From: Podarcis tiliguerta
Lineage: Eukaryota
Reading direction: 5' to 3' (one strand)
Assembly (NCBI GenBank): GCA_965153285.1
Contig: OZ229116.1
DNA length: 64,000 bases
Part shown: piece after piece, positions 36,301 through 49,627 of the stretch
Numbering within the stretch: position 1 is the stretch's first letter
Layout of the letters: the number at the start of each line of letters is the position of its first letter
Position numbers and translations under genes: made by a program
Notes under the pieces: model-generated
The model's input: the letters and a program-made list of their open reading frames with translations, nothing else
Database searches by the model: none
What the model was told of the DNA's origin: nothing

Positions 36301-37994
36301 CAAAACCTCACCTGTAGGGGGTTCTTTTGTTCTCTCTTGCTGTACCATCTTCTGCCCCTGAACATTCCAAATAACCCACCCTTGAAGCTTTATAAAATCA
36401 AAAATACATGAGCTGAGAGAATCTGCATCGCTTCCCACAGAAGTATTGGCTGAGTGGGATAGTACACAAAGGGATGGTGGGGCAACAATTTAGGACTTTG
36501 CTCATTCAGCCTTTTCCTTTACCCTGCATGGTCAGGATTTGCTTTACTTTAAGAAGAAGTTATTCTTCCAGTAACAGCACCTTTCTAAATAGGACTCTGA
36601 AGAGAGCATTTTAAAACTCGTTTCCAGGCTCTGTCTCACAACTGTTACATTCAATGAGAAAATTGCCATGCATGTCATGTGTCATTCCAGGGTAAGGAGT
36701 GTCTCTAACTACTAAATCTCTTCCTGTCTCATGGTTATTTAAAGGAAAGACAGTAGGTTTCAACAGATAGCAGTAACCTTAACTGATGCCTAAAGTTCTA
36801 TTGGCCAGTTTCACTAACAAATACTGATATTCGTCTGGAGAAGTGGGTGTTAGACAGTACACTGTCTCCTGCTGCACTTTTTGTTCCTATGTGCAAATAA
36901 AGGCAAAGCTTCTGTACTTCTAAGAGTTACGTAGCACAGGGAGCTGAAGCATGTCACGCACAGACGAGGAGAAAACTGCAATTGTTGAAACGGTATAGTA
37001 GTCCTGTCTTTCTTGGCATTTGGTCACAATCCTTTGTTTAATCCGAACTACCTTGATTGTTCAAAAACCACTGCTTTTCATTATGTAAACAACCTTGATT
37101 AACACTGCTTTCATGCAGCGCCATTAATGTGAAGGTGTGCTTGTGGGGAGGGGAGCGAATGCTTAATCAGCTGCGACTTGAAGGATAATTGCATGCAGAA
37201 ATGTTTCTCTTCCTGTGTCTCTTGCCTTTTCCCACCTGCATTTAGACTGTAAGCTCTTCTGAGCAGAGAATCTCTCTATCTGAAATGTTAAATGCTATGG
37301 ACATCTGGGGCTATAAATAACATGACCTACTTAAAAATAGCAAACTGTCTTTTCTTTTTATATATATAGTAAAACAAAAGACTGCTTTTGTGTTAATTGC
37401 CAAATGGGATGATCATGCAGTATACAACTGAGTCGCAAACACTAAAAATAGCACAAGGGTAGGTGCCGCCCTGGAATTAACCAGCCCATCATTGCAATTA
37501 AGAGGTTTTGGGAGAGTACCTTGGCACTCATTAATTGTGGTTGAACTATTAATACAATGCTTTTATGTTATTACCCCAGCTAGGGCACACAGAAAATTTA
37601 ACTTACTTTGTTATATTGGTACTGCTAAGATGTACTTTTAAAAAAACAAAACCTCAGTCTTCACTTCCTTTTCTCCCAGAAGTTGGAAGCCACTTACCTA
37701 TGAGTAAACTCTACTAAATACAAGAGGTATTATTTTGCATAAACATGCAAAGGATTGTACTATGTATCTATTGAGAAAGCGGAGCTTGTACATTAGCTTC
37801 CTTAAAGTGTTATTAGTGCATGGAGACATGGACTAACTGGAAGTACGATTTAGCAAAAGAAGATGAGGGACCCATCTTAATTGTGCAGCCATCAAGGTGG
37901 TGATTGTAAATCTTGTGAAAATAATCAATGAAACTTAATTCTAACCTTTGGGGGAAGTCCCATTCTCATGTGTTTACATAAATAGCGGAAAAGT

Positions 37995-38123
37995 CCTCTG
38001 AAGAAGTGTGCATGCACACGAAAGCTCATACCAATAACAAACTTAGTTGGTCTCTAAGGTGCTACTGGAAGTAATTTTTTTATTTTGTTTCGACTACGGC
38101 AGACCAACACGGCTACCTACCTG
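37995..38123. mobile_element. Short Penelope-like insertion with 12-bp TSD
   Basis: Exact direct repeat TAGCGGAAAAGT at 37983-37994 and 38124-38135. Confidence 0.75.
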
Positions 38124-41100
38124 TAGCGGAAAAGTATGCAGTGGTACACACAACTTGCTGTCTGCAATATTAGAAAATGTATTGATCTGATGGAGCAATG
38201 AAGACATCGGTACAACTTTTAGAATAGGTTTTTGTTTTAATTTGTAATGCATAAACTGCATATCAGTATTACATAACAGGAAAACAAGCAGAAGAATTCT
38301 ATTGCCCTTTTCATTTACAAATGGCTACCCTGGTGCATCAGAAGCCATACAAAAACATGCACAGTGACATCACATAGGAGGAATTGAAGAACTATATCTT
38401 GTGCTTCCAGTTGTTTTTCTTAAAGGTATGCTGTTCCTCAACCCTGCAACTATACATAATTAAGAGGATTTTGATGGATGCAAATTTGACTGAGAATTTT
38501 GCTTTCTAATATATAAGGTTGCACAGCTGAGATTTGAAACTTATGCCTAAAGAAAGTTATAAAATGGGATGCTAGTATGCTGATAGAATTAAGTTATTTA
38601 ACAAAGCAATAAGACTGAGCACGTTTTTTAGAGACGAATCTGCGAGTTATTTCTCCTGCCAAATATATTTCAGCTTAGTTTTACCTTTCACTATCTTTAC
38701 TCCCACTCTTCTCTCAAGGAGTTCAAGCTGGCAGGGCTGGTGGCTTAAATTTATCCTGATGACAGCCCTATAAGCAGGTAAGACTTTTTAAAAGAGTGGT
38801 GTACCCAGGGCCACACATGATGGAGAAGGAATTTGAACATGCATCTCTCTATTGTTGGTGGGTAGCTTGTAAGTTGCTTTGGGCAAGGTAAAGAGACTAA
38901 CAAATTTAATTCATTAATAATAATATCAGTTCACATGATGTTTGTAAATTAATTTACCCACATACACACCACAGGAATGAACACGTGTTGCTTGTTGATT
39001 TAGAGGCCGTATAGTAGTCCTTCTTTTGCCACCCCTGCTTCTTGCCATAAACTCACAGGTGCAGAGCTCTCTGCTTGCTTTCTAAAGCCAGCTAACTAGG
39101 AGTTGGCAACATAGCTGAAGACAGGCGTGGGAATTGAAAGCAGCATTCCACTTCCTTCCCTGGGGCAATTGGTCCTTAACAAGGGAGGAGACCTAGGTTT
39201 AACTACTTGTTTTCACACTTGCAGTGCAGGATCAGTAAAAAACAACAACCAACCAACCACTAATTGTTGAAGTAGTATGTTTTTATGTTTATCTCTTTAT
39301 ACTACTTACTTTTTTGTTGTCTGTGGTTTCTTTTTGTCTGCTGCTTAGATTTTTAAACCAGCAGTTTTAAATAAATTTAAAAGTACCGATTATAGCAGCC
39401 ACCACCAACCTTATTGTATAAACTTTGTTCTGTAGGTGCTCCGTTGATGGATAGTGCTGTCTAAAAAAGCCTGTCAAGACATTTGATATTACTTTAGCAG
39501 AGATACTTCACATAACTTTAATATGTACCCTTCTATGAACACACTTCGTTAGCAAATGCAGATCTCTACATGCCCGGTTTCCATTAATTCCGTGTCTCTT
39601 GGTTTAGAATGATGATCTCTGATACAGGTTTAGAAACAGAAATCCAACCAATAGGGGAAAAATCATAGCACAAGAATACTGCAATACTAAATTCTGTCAA
39701 CCATAGCAACTTACTGCTACAGAGCCTTTCTACCACAAAACATTTAGCATTTTAAGTCTTTGTAAGTGCAAATCTAGCTGGAATTCCACAAGGGTGCTTG
39801 TATAGTCATTACACTATTAGTAGCTTTTAAACAAGATTTATTTATTTATTATGTCTTTTTAATAGCAAAAAGATAAATGGGTTCTCCATATTATAATTCA
39901 GAAAGATGTAATATAAAAACAGTAAACTAAACTGCCAGGTATGTTCCTCTTTGGCACCCATCAGATTGTGGCAATATTAATTACAAGCTATTTTGTCTGC
40001 AATGATGTATTTTATATCCAATTTTGTAAGACCTACTGATCAATTGTATGCTAAAAATTGAAAAGTACTTAAGCTGGTGCTTTTAGAATCAGTGGTGTGG
40101 AGACCTCACCTCCTGCCCAAATGATGGCTAGATTTGCATGCAAGTTGTAACACATTATAATGGGTATTTTCCCCCAGCTTAGAATTTTCCTTAGCATGGC
40201 ATTACATCATGCTCATTCCAGAATATCACTTCGTGTTAGCTTAAGCCAAGATTTTTTAAATGGGTACTATAAATCATGTGACCAACCCCCCCCACCAAAT
40301 AAATAAATAGCCATGTAAAACTAGTTGCATGGTCCCTTGGATCCAAGTGTGATCAGTGCCATCTTGGGGGAAAACATCCACCATGTACGAAACAATATTC
40401 AAATTCAATCTTTCAGGAGTCAAATTGGTGTCACAGATAAAAATTTCTTCAAAAAATACACAATACAAATACCAGGTAATTTGGAGTAGAGTTACATATA
40501 TATTGCAAATGACAGAATGTCGTTTGAATTTGCTAACATCATGGAACCTTCAAATTACTAAAACAAAAAACAAAACAAAAAAAACCAACCCCCAAGTATT
40601 TGAACCTGAACTAAAGTTATTTTTCTGAAGTAATCCTGAATGCATAAATAATATGCAACAGTATTCTTGATTATCTCATAAACAAGAGATTAAGAGTGCA
40701 ATCGTAAGCATGAGAGAATAAGCACAGTAGGATGCACCATGTGAATATGCAGAAGATTGTGCTGTGCAGTTTGCATCTAGAGTATTTAAAATTTCTTAGC
40801 CTATAAGCCACAGTAGCTTCTGCTTTTCCGCAGCCATGAACACAGTCAATAAGTTGCCTGAAAATCTTGTATTTGGTTTCCAGTGCAACTGCAATCTTTT
40901 AACTGGTGAGGGGAGGGGGGAGAGCACTTGTTCTTTCTCTTCAAGGCAGACAAAGAGTTGTGGAAATTGCGGAGGTGAGGGAGGGAAAGATGGTGTACAA
41001 TAAAAATACTTGTGCTGTTAGAATTCCAAAATTGTGCTAACAAGTACCCACATGTGATGCCATCGCTTGCCTAATACCTGCTTGGTGTGTCAGCATTTCA

Positions 41101-41628
41101 CAAATGAAAATGTGAAACCATGCCTTATTAAAAGGGAACCACTTTTGACTCGCTTCACGTGCAGTAATCACAGGAGAAGAACTTTTTGTTAATAGGGATA
41201 GGCAGAACAAAAGGGGTTGGGGAAGAGGGGTGAGAAGTTTGAATTAATGTGTTATTGAATATGCTTCCTTTGGTAGAAAGGCCAAATTAATTCATTTTCT
41301 GACAGAATTTACACAATTAATGTAAATGTAGTAGTTGCAGAGACTAAGGATTCAGCACAAATGACATGTAATTAGAAATGCAGCTTGAGGTACAGAAATG
41401 TTTTTGGGAAAGTTTTTTAAACTTCAGTTTGTGAATCTTGTGCCAATTAAATGCTTTTTTAAAAAAAAAATAGCCCATCAAAATTGCTTTATTGCTATTC
41501 TTCAGATACATCTGACAGATTTTCTTCCTTTCATGCAGCCCAAGCAAGTACTAAAATATTCTTTTCAAATATTGTACAGAGTTATAACAAATTATTAACA
41601 CAGACAAAAGCTATGACAGAAAGGTGTT

Positions 41629-44600
41629 TTTATTTTCCTCATATTTCATATTTAAATAAAGGATTTCAACCAAAATAATAATAGAGTAACATTGTCACCA
41701 GGGATGCATAAAAGTTCTGTCTGCACACCAAGGCATTGCAAAGGCTTTGTCGCCACCTTCTGCAGAGCGGAGCTAGCTTGGAATTTCCCACAAAATATTT
41801 TCATGTACAAAACACACAATCATTTTACTGGATGCAGGTTTTCTACAATACACTTGGGGTACTTCCTAGATTTATTAGTAATTAGAAAAATAAATGCTTT
41901 AAAGTCCTTATGGTGCCATGTTTGCTGTTCTAGATAGCCTTTCTCCTCTTTAAAACGCGTTTAAACATTGGTATGATTTCTGATAGCACAGAAGTTGGCT
42001 CATTTAGCTTATTTTAAATTTCCTCTTCACTCTTCATGAGAAGGTTGATTCTCACTACAAAGAGTGGTGCTTCTCTGAAGTGAATATATTTTACACATAT
42101 TTACAAGTTGATATGATTATGTTGAAACAGAGTAGGGCACCAAAAAGCTTCATGTTACAGGCAGCTTCCTGTGATATGGAGAAACAGAGTGAATATCCTT
42201 ATTACTTGGACCACAGTTGGAATATTAACGGCAAGGTGACAAGAATGTTATGTCACACAGCACAACGCTCAAGGAACCAAGCTCCCCCTCAGGCTTCAAA
42301 CAACAACTTTGTGGAATTTCTTCCCGCAAATTAAAGGCCGGCATATTTCCTTCATCCTGACAGAAAGAGTCAAAGAGGAAATGAGAAAGGCGAAGGGCAC
42401 TTGGAAAGTGGTGACTGAAAAATATCGAGCTTGCTAGTGGCAGTTTCTATTAAGATCGAATGCTGCATGTGGCTGTAAGTGCATTGTCAAAGGGAGAGAA
42501 AGAAGGAGTTGTGTTGTCTGCGTGAAGGGATAAAATTATTGAGACAAGTAAGTAGCCTCTGCTTATATCGCTGGCATTCAAGGTGACTCATACTGTTAGC
42601 ACTTCAACCTCAAACCCCTCACCGTAGAATTTGAGAGGCCCTCTACCAGAAAGATCCCCACTTCACTCCCTGTAATCTGACTGGACCCATAGGAGCACCA
42701 AAGTTCATGTGTGCAATACTAATAAAGAGCCTAGAAAATCTAAAGAATATTTAATAGAACGAGGCGACGACATGAGTCCCAGCCACATTTTACAAAGAGA
42801 ATTCAGGCATTTGTCTGAACACATGAACTCTGTATCTGTAGGCAGGAGATAGCACATGCAAGCCCTGCCCCACATATTTGTTCCAAAACTTCCCCACGTT
42901 GAGCAGGAAAGGTCTATAAGGGCATAGTACTTGCATTCCCTTAAACGCGAGTAGAACATCATGCATGATTGGGTACCTTGCTCAACTTGGGGAAGGCTGG
43001 AGACTGAGCGTGTGGGCTGATATAGATGGGGTTGTTGGGAGCAGGCTTTCCATCCACAGATGTGTCCAGGCACATATTAGAATACACCTTATTTCTCTAG
43101 AAAAGTAGCTAGACAACCGGTTCTTTATAAAGACCCCAGATCGAAGAAATAGAGCAGGTTAGCTCCCTGGAAGGAGAAGAGATGACATAGAAAACCTGGA
43201 AGGGTGAGAACCTCCTAGCTGATGCCTCACCTTACTGGGAGCCATTGCTGATGCCTTTGTGAGCTGTGAGGTGACCCCTTTGCTTCCACACAATTTGTGG
43301 CATTTATTAATAAAATGTAGCAAAATATAAAAGGAATAGGTGCTTTCAGTCCATTTTTTCCAAGCTGATTAATGGAAAAAATACTATTGTCTAACAATAC
43401 TTCTCGGTCTGATGTCATCACAATGCAATTTTATCATGTCAATTAACACAGTGAAATTTAAATTCTGCTGTTATTGACCATGGGTTATGTCCATTGGTGG
43501 AACTCTTGTGGCTTTCCCTGTAGGAGTGTTTTATTTTGCCAGTGAGAATTTCTCAATTGTGCCAACAGTGCCAGTTTTGTCTGTAGTGTAGACACGGCCT
43601 ACATTTGTTTATCCAATGAAAATAGAGTAGTCCCACTGTCTTGGCTGAGTTGCTTAAGAATAATTGGACCAGAGACCCCATTGCATCCTAAGACCCCAAA
43701 CATTTGTGCTTGTGCAGTTAGTTAAATTTCAGATATTAGAGCAGCAATATCAAGCTTTTAGTCTTTACATAGTAGCTCTATTTATTGGCCTCTAATGTTT
43801 TGGTTTTCTTGGAAGATAAGATTCATTTCTAAGTGTATTTTCATTAAACAAATATCTGGATAGAGATTGCATTTAAGCAGATTCTGCTTATTTTGGAAAT
43901 GAACTGAGATGTCTCTCATCAACCTAAAATGTGAAAATGATAATTCAAATATTTGAATCCTTCCTATCATATACTGAATGCTGATATTAAATATGGACCT
44001 AGCCATTAAAAACGCGAAAGGATTATTGTTCCTGTCCACTGGATGATTTGCAAATATTTATAACTGTGCTGTTATAAATATAAAAACAACCTAGCTGCAT
44101 ACTCTACACTAAGCCCCAGTTTGTTTACATTTAAAAATCGGAATATAAAAGAGTGCAAAAATGTGATGTTTGGTAATATTCCTGGAACTTCAAAACAGCT
44201 AGACAGCGTTTCTCCAAACCTTAAAAAAAACCTACCTCTCAATCTGAGACACTCCTGCCTCAAATTTTTGCAGGGTATAAAATTTCTTTACAGCCAAGAT
44301 ACAAACCCCTGTAAAAATGGGGCTTATAATGGATATGCTTCCAGACCCTTAATTATAGCAGTACTTAGGTGTTCTACTATAATACAAATATACATATGAT
44401 CTATTTTCTCAGGATTGTCACCCAGAGAATGTTCTTTATTTTACAAAAAAAATCATTAATATTAAAAAGTTGCACTTATCTTGCATCCCCTCCATAGAGA
44501 GTATTTTGCTTATGTCTAAAAGCTACAACTAGCAACTACTGCAACTAACATTCAGAATACATTCAAGATAGGGAAGAAACTGCTATTACTTTAGACATAA

Positions 44601-45246
44601 CACACTTATCATTATACTGGAACAAGTAGCAGCTGCAGGAAATAGTTACCCAATCCAGGCTTCTAGCTTATTCAATATTTTATCCTAGAACCCAGACAGT
44701 ATAAACTATCTAGTTTGGATTGATCGACCATGCTGAGCACATCCTTTAAAGCTTTGTGCTATACCATAAGGCATTAAGAGCCATGGCCCCCGTCAATTTT
44801 CTGTACAAGCATGGGCTTGTGTGCCACAAAGACTGAAATGTAAATGTTAGTTGGTAGTAAATGCCAGCATAGTTCGATAATTACAACTGTGCTAACACCA
44901 TTGTGTAGTTCCGTAACTATATTTTGACTCTTTTCTTGAAAATTATCCAAGGAATGTACACTAGAAAAAATAATGCAAGTAAAGGCGCTCTTTGTACACT
45001 GTGCCACATACAAAAAGGCAACAATTTCAAACGGACATTTTCTTCCTGTGCAAACAGTTTTATCTACTGACCTGCTGCATAGCCCAATTTCTTACTTTCT
45101 CTCTGTGTATAAATTATGGAGAGGCAAAACCAGTGATCTAATGCAAATGTAAGCTGTCAGGTGGAACAAAGGGAAAAAAGACATTCTGGTTTCACCGAGT
45201 TCTCTCAAGACTTCATGAATACAAAGCAAGGAGAAAGGCACACAGC
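41629..45246 (-). other. SPIRE1: Probable SPIRE1 3' UTR (extent uncertain)
   Basis: Repeat-poor AT-rich DNA after the stop; candidate AATAAA on minus at 44435-44440 and 41629-41634. Confidence 0.4.
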
Positions 45247-45505
45247 TCAGATCTCATTGATAGTCCTCTCAGAAGGGCAATACTCCGAGGTGCCTGGGGA
45301 GGACATGTAGAATGACTGGGTTTTCCTTTTTAATCTGGCTCGCTTGTTAGCCAGGGAGAGGCTGCGGCGGCTTGAATTGATGATTTCCGAAATGAACTTT
45401 TTGCAGTCCACACATACTTCCATGGTGCTCCAGTCCTCCATTAGCTCTTTTGGAAATAGTGCTTCTTCATCTGATTTATCTACAGACTTGGACTTTGAGG
45501 ATAAC
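45247..45505 (-). CDS. SPIRE1: SPIRE1 last coding exon, ...[24 protein letters not shown]...SERTINEI*
   Basis: AG at 45507-45506; TGA at 45249-45247. Confidence 0.97.
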
Positions 45506-45680
45506 CTGAAAACAAAGCAACAATTCTATTCTTATCAGGGTTATTTAGTTTTCCAATTGTACTAGAGAGGTGAACTCTGTGCACTCTAAAATAACAAATC
45601 TGTCTCTCACATGTCTTTTTGCTTCCTAACATACTGTGTCAGGGGAGAGAGGTGTTTCTTGTGGCCAGATATGATTATGA

Positions 45681-46138
45681 TGACTGGGAGTGGCCACCGG
45701 GACCACATAACACCGGTTCTGAGAGATCTGCATTGGCTCCCAGTACATTTCCGAGCACAATTCAAAGTGTTGGTGCTGACCTTTAAAACCCTAAACGGCC
45801 TCGGTCCTGTATACCTGAAGGAGCGTCTCCACCCCCATCGTTCAGCCCGGACACTGAGATCCAGCGCCGAGGGCCTTCTGATGGTTCCCTCATTGCAAGA
45901 AGCAAGGTTACAGGGAACCAGACAGAGGGCCTTCTCGGTAGTGGCGCCCACTCTGTGGAACACCCTCCCTTCAGATGTGAAGGAAATAAGTAGCTATCCT
46001 ATCTTTAAAAGACATCTGAAGGCAGCCCTGTTCAGGGAAGTTTTTAATATTTAACGCTGTATTGTTTTTAATACTTGAATGGGAGCCACCCAGAGGGGCT
46101 GGGGAAACTCAGCCAGATGGGCGGGGTATAAATAATAA

Positions 46139-46182
<44 letters not shown>
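45681..46182 (+). mobile_element. 5'-truncated L2-clade LINE with (TTA)n tail
   Basis: HITPVLRDLHWLPVHFRAQFK...RAFSVVAPTLWN.LP is the L2 ORF2 C-terminus; 3'UTR and (TTA)n follow. Confidence 0.9.
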
Positions 46183-46692
46183 GCAACCACATCAACTGTT
46201 AATGAACAGCCAGGTTAATGCATTATGTCAGATTTAAAGAGAAAAGCCAAAGATAAGATAAATTTGCCACAAATTGGCAGCCATTTATGGACTCGAACAA
46301 AGCTCTATGGTTGAGCAAAATATATTGTTGTTTTATACAGATTTGAAGTCAGGTTTGCCAAGGATGGTTAAATTACTATTTAATCCATTTTATATAGATT
46401 CTTGCCTATTTTCCCACTTTTAACTTTGGTTATTTTCTTTTGAAATAGAATACAATTTTGTGTTTAATTTTGCAAATGTCACCTAATTCTGCAGTGTTTT
46501 ATTTAAATTTTGACAGCTCCCCCCATTTAACTGTATTTTTTTTAAAGAAATAGAGAATAATAGTAAGTATCTGCAAGAGCATCTTAGAAATAAATATATG
46601 TAACAATTCACTGCCCACAAATAAAACTATGGAACCATGAAAGTAGCTGGTAGTAGATAAGCAGTCTAATCTTAATCAGAAGTATCACTCAC

Positions 46693-46829
46693 CTTGGCAT
46701 GCCCCTAAGGGACCGGTGATGGCTAGTGGAAGGTTTATCTGGCCTCATAAAACTCTCTCCTTTCTGTAAAGCCGAAGGTCCCAGAGAAAAGATGGGAAGT
46801 GTAGAATATGGCTTTGATGGCAGGCGCAT
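46693..46829 (-). CDS. SPIRE1: SPIRE1 exon (137 nt), [19 protein letters not shown]...RGMPR
   Basis: AG at 46831-46830; donor GTGAGT at 46692. Confidence 0.95.
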
Positions 46830-46872
46830 CTGTTACAAAGGAAAGAGAACAACAATTATAGATTGAGCTACC

Positions 46873-47019
46873 CAGTGGCGTAGCGTGGGTTGTCAGCACC
46901 CGGGGCAAGGCAAGTAATTTGCGCCCCCTAACCCGTGGATTTGCGCCCCCTAACCCTAACCCCCAGATGTTGCGCCCGGTGTGGCCGGCCCCCCCTGCAC
47001 CCCCCACGCTACGCCACTG
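46873..47019. mobile_element. hAT-family MITE
   Basis: 17-bp TIR CAGTGGCGTAGCGTGGG and exact 8-bp TSD GAGCTACC (46865-46872, 47020-47027). Confidence 0.92.
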
Positions 47020-47409
47020 GAGCTACCTAGAGGCAGTGCCATTATGTGGGCTTGTACAACTTCCGCAAGCATATTCCCAGTGGCAATGACTTAGAATTTG
47101 TGAACTATAGAGATACAAAGCAATACATTCCCTGCAGACTTCTACAGGAGTCCCATTTTAAAAAATGTTGCAAATACATATATTGCAAATGTTGTAAGAA
47201 AAGAAATAGGAGTGCATGAACACTACTGTGTATATATGGCAAGTATATACAAAGCAGGGGATGAGGTAAACTGATTTTTTGGGGGGTTCTGCTGAAATTT
47301 TTTCCTGTTGTACTTTGTAGTTTTGGATGAAGATAGTAAAGCAGCTGTTCCTGATGAATCACACCACAGATATTAAGAAGATAAAGGATTTAGAGGTTTC
47401 TGAACTTAC

Positions 47410-47437
47410 CTTCTTGCAACACTGTGAGCATACAGGC
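47410..47437 (-). CDS. SPIRE1: SPIRE1 micro-exon (28 nt), (R)PVCSQCCKK
   Basis: FYVE cysteines; AG at 47439-47438, GTAAGT at 47409. Confidence 0.93.
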
Positions 47438-48443
47438 CTATAAAAGAAAAAGAAAATATGTGACTTACTCAGCTAAATGTAGTAATACTTTTGCAGGACA
47501 GCTCTGGACACATCTCTTCAAAAGTTGTATTGTTCTTTCCTAGTAAAAATGTTTTACGAGCTATGAACTATTTTTGAATTTCACTGGCTTTAGCTTAAAT
47601 ACCAGAACTCAGGAAGAGGCAGAAAATAAAAACAAAGGATTGTCATTCAAAGAATCTTGAGCGCATGGCCTGGGTCTTGCCCATCTTCATGTTTCAACTG
47701 CAGTCCTGAGCTACAAAAGTGTTGCCTAATGTTAGGGCATACTATAGCTTAGATGAGAAGTTTAGGGACCTCACAAGCTACGATTGGCATGTTTCCATAG
47801 GCAGTCCTATAGATCTTAACCATTATCAGGAAATTAGGAATGGAATGTGTGAAAAACCCAAGAGCCCCATTCAGACTTGACATCAGCATTCTTCTTTTTA
47901 TTTAATCACATCCTATAAGATTAGATGGCAAATTTTAAATGACTCTTACGGGAAACTCGCAGGAACATTAAACTTGAGTGGCAATGTTTTCTTATAATTT
48001 CATGCAAGCAGTTTGTATTAGTGAGCATGTATGTGCAGACCAAGGGGACTAAATATCATTCATCCATTTCCTGCTCTTAAGATATTGATTCTGAGAAACT
48101 TGCACAACCATGGCATTTGAGATACGTTGTTGCAGCATCTACTCCCTTCTTTGGCAACTTGTTCTTTTTATGTCATTCTACCAACTTTAAATCTTTAAGT
48201 GCTTTTATTCTGTCTTATGTCCTATCCCGTAATGAGCATTTGATAATCATCCCTAATCATTATCTAGGAAAACACAAAAACTTCCTGTTCAAATTCTCCT
48301 TTACTCCTAAATACAGTACAAATATCACCTTTTCTCCTTCAATTACATACTAAATGTAACACAAAAAGTTAAAAATAAAACAAACAAAATTCTGCTCCAG
48401 TGCCTTCACTAGTTATTGGTTACTATGAAAACCAAAGGCTTAC

Positions 48444-48514
48444 CTTTTACAAAACTGACAGGTATAGGACCAGGTGAAGAAAGAAAACCTCCTTGTTCGG
48501 CAACAAAAACAGAG
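48444..48514 (-). CDS. SPIRE1: SPIRE1 exon (71 nt), LCFCCRTRRFSFFTWSYTCQFCKR
   Basis: Modified FYVE motif; canonical splice sites. Confidence 0.96.
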
Positions 48515-49489
48515 CTATAAAAATTGAGAAGAGCCCATAGCATTAGCAGGTCTTTCTAGAAAATCAATTTACTAACATCTAAAAAATATCAGTAAAGATC
48601 AAGGGTAGAAATTGATGTCACACTATTACGAATGTTCTGTCTGCACAAGTATATCAGCTTGGCAAATGGAACAATCCCTGACCTTGCAGAGTCAATTTCA
48701 GGGAGCATGCAGTGGGGGAAACCCAACTGCACAAGCAGAAGCCCTTGCACAGGACTTATGGAGTTTATGAAGAGCAGCACAACTCCCCCCCACTTTTTAT
48801 CTCCCTTGCAACCAGCGGTTCAACCTCAAAATGTGCTTTAGAGAGTTGGGAAAGATTCTGGAACAGATCTGGGTGTCAGGCAAGGAGAAGAAGAAGTTTG
48901 CAGCCCAATACATCCAAAGTGTAAAGTTAACCAGCCACCTTATAGATTAAATCAGTGCAATTAAATTTGTGTAATGTTTTCATAGTCCTTTACTTAATCT
49001 AGAAGAAAGCACTCAATCAGTAATCTGACAACACAATCCTAAAAGCATTCTTACTCAGAAAGAAGTTCCAAAGAGTTCAGTAAGAACTGACTCGTGCATT
49101 TCCACCATTCTCAAATGACTAGAATTACATGCAACTCAACAACTCAAAGAAATGTATGGTTTTATGGTGCTATTCTTGACTTTATCCAATATAGCACTAA
49201 GTAAGTGTACTGTCAGCTCAAAAACATACACTTATGTAATGGGACTTTCCTTCCTTCCCAGATCTGCTTTGGAGGGTTGGGGGGAAACCCATAACATATT
49301 TAGGGGATGTGCAAGGGAAAAAGAAGGTGAGAATAAATCCTTGAGCTGAGGGTGGGGGAAGATTACTTAACATGACATTGGATGCAGGCCTTAATTTGTT
49401 AATTTCAGGAGCTCTAATAACACTTAGCTGAATTTCTTCTTCATCATTCACTCCCAGTTCTCTGGGAAAATCAGCATAAGCATCCTTAC

Positions 49490-49627
49490 CTTTCCTTTCT
49501 TGAGGGCAGTATAGACATCTTTATACTGCTGGTACTTCTCTAGCTCGGCCTTCACTAGCACTTGACGGATGTGCATTACTTCTTCCACTGTAAGAGCCAG
49601 GCATTCCACTGGGTAACAAAACTCCTC
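49490..49627 (-). CDS. SPIRE1: SPIRE1 exon (138 nt), [31 protein letters not shown]...KKGK (Spir-box)
   Basis: Conserved Spir-box sequence; canonical splice sites. Confidence 0.97.

Noticed and set aside
45611-46054. 147-aa ORF antisense to SPIRE1
   Set aside because: It is the C-terminus of a truncated L2 ORF2, not a host gene.
46951-46962. TAACCC TAACCC telomere-like repeat
   Set aside because: Only two units inside a MITE; too short to call an interstitial telomere.
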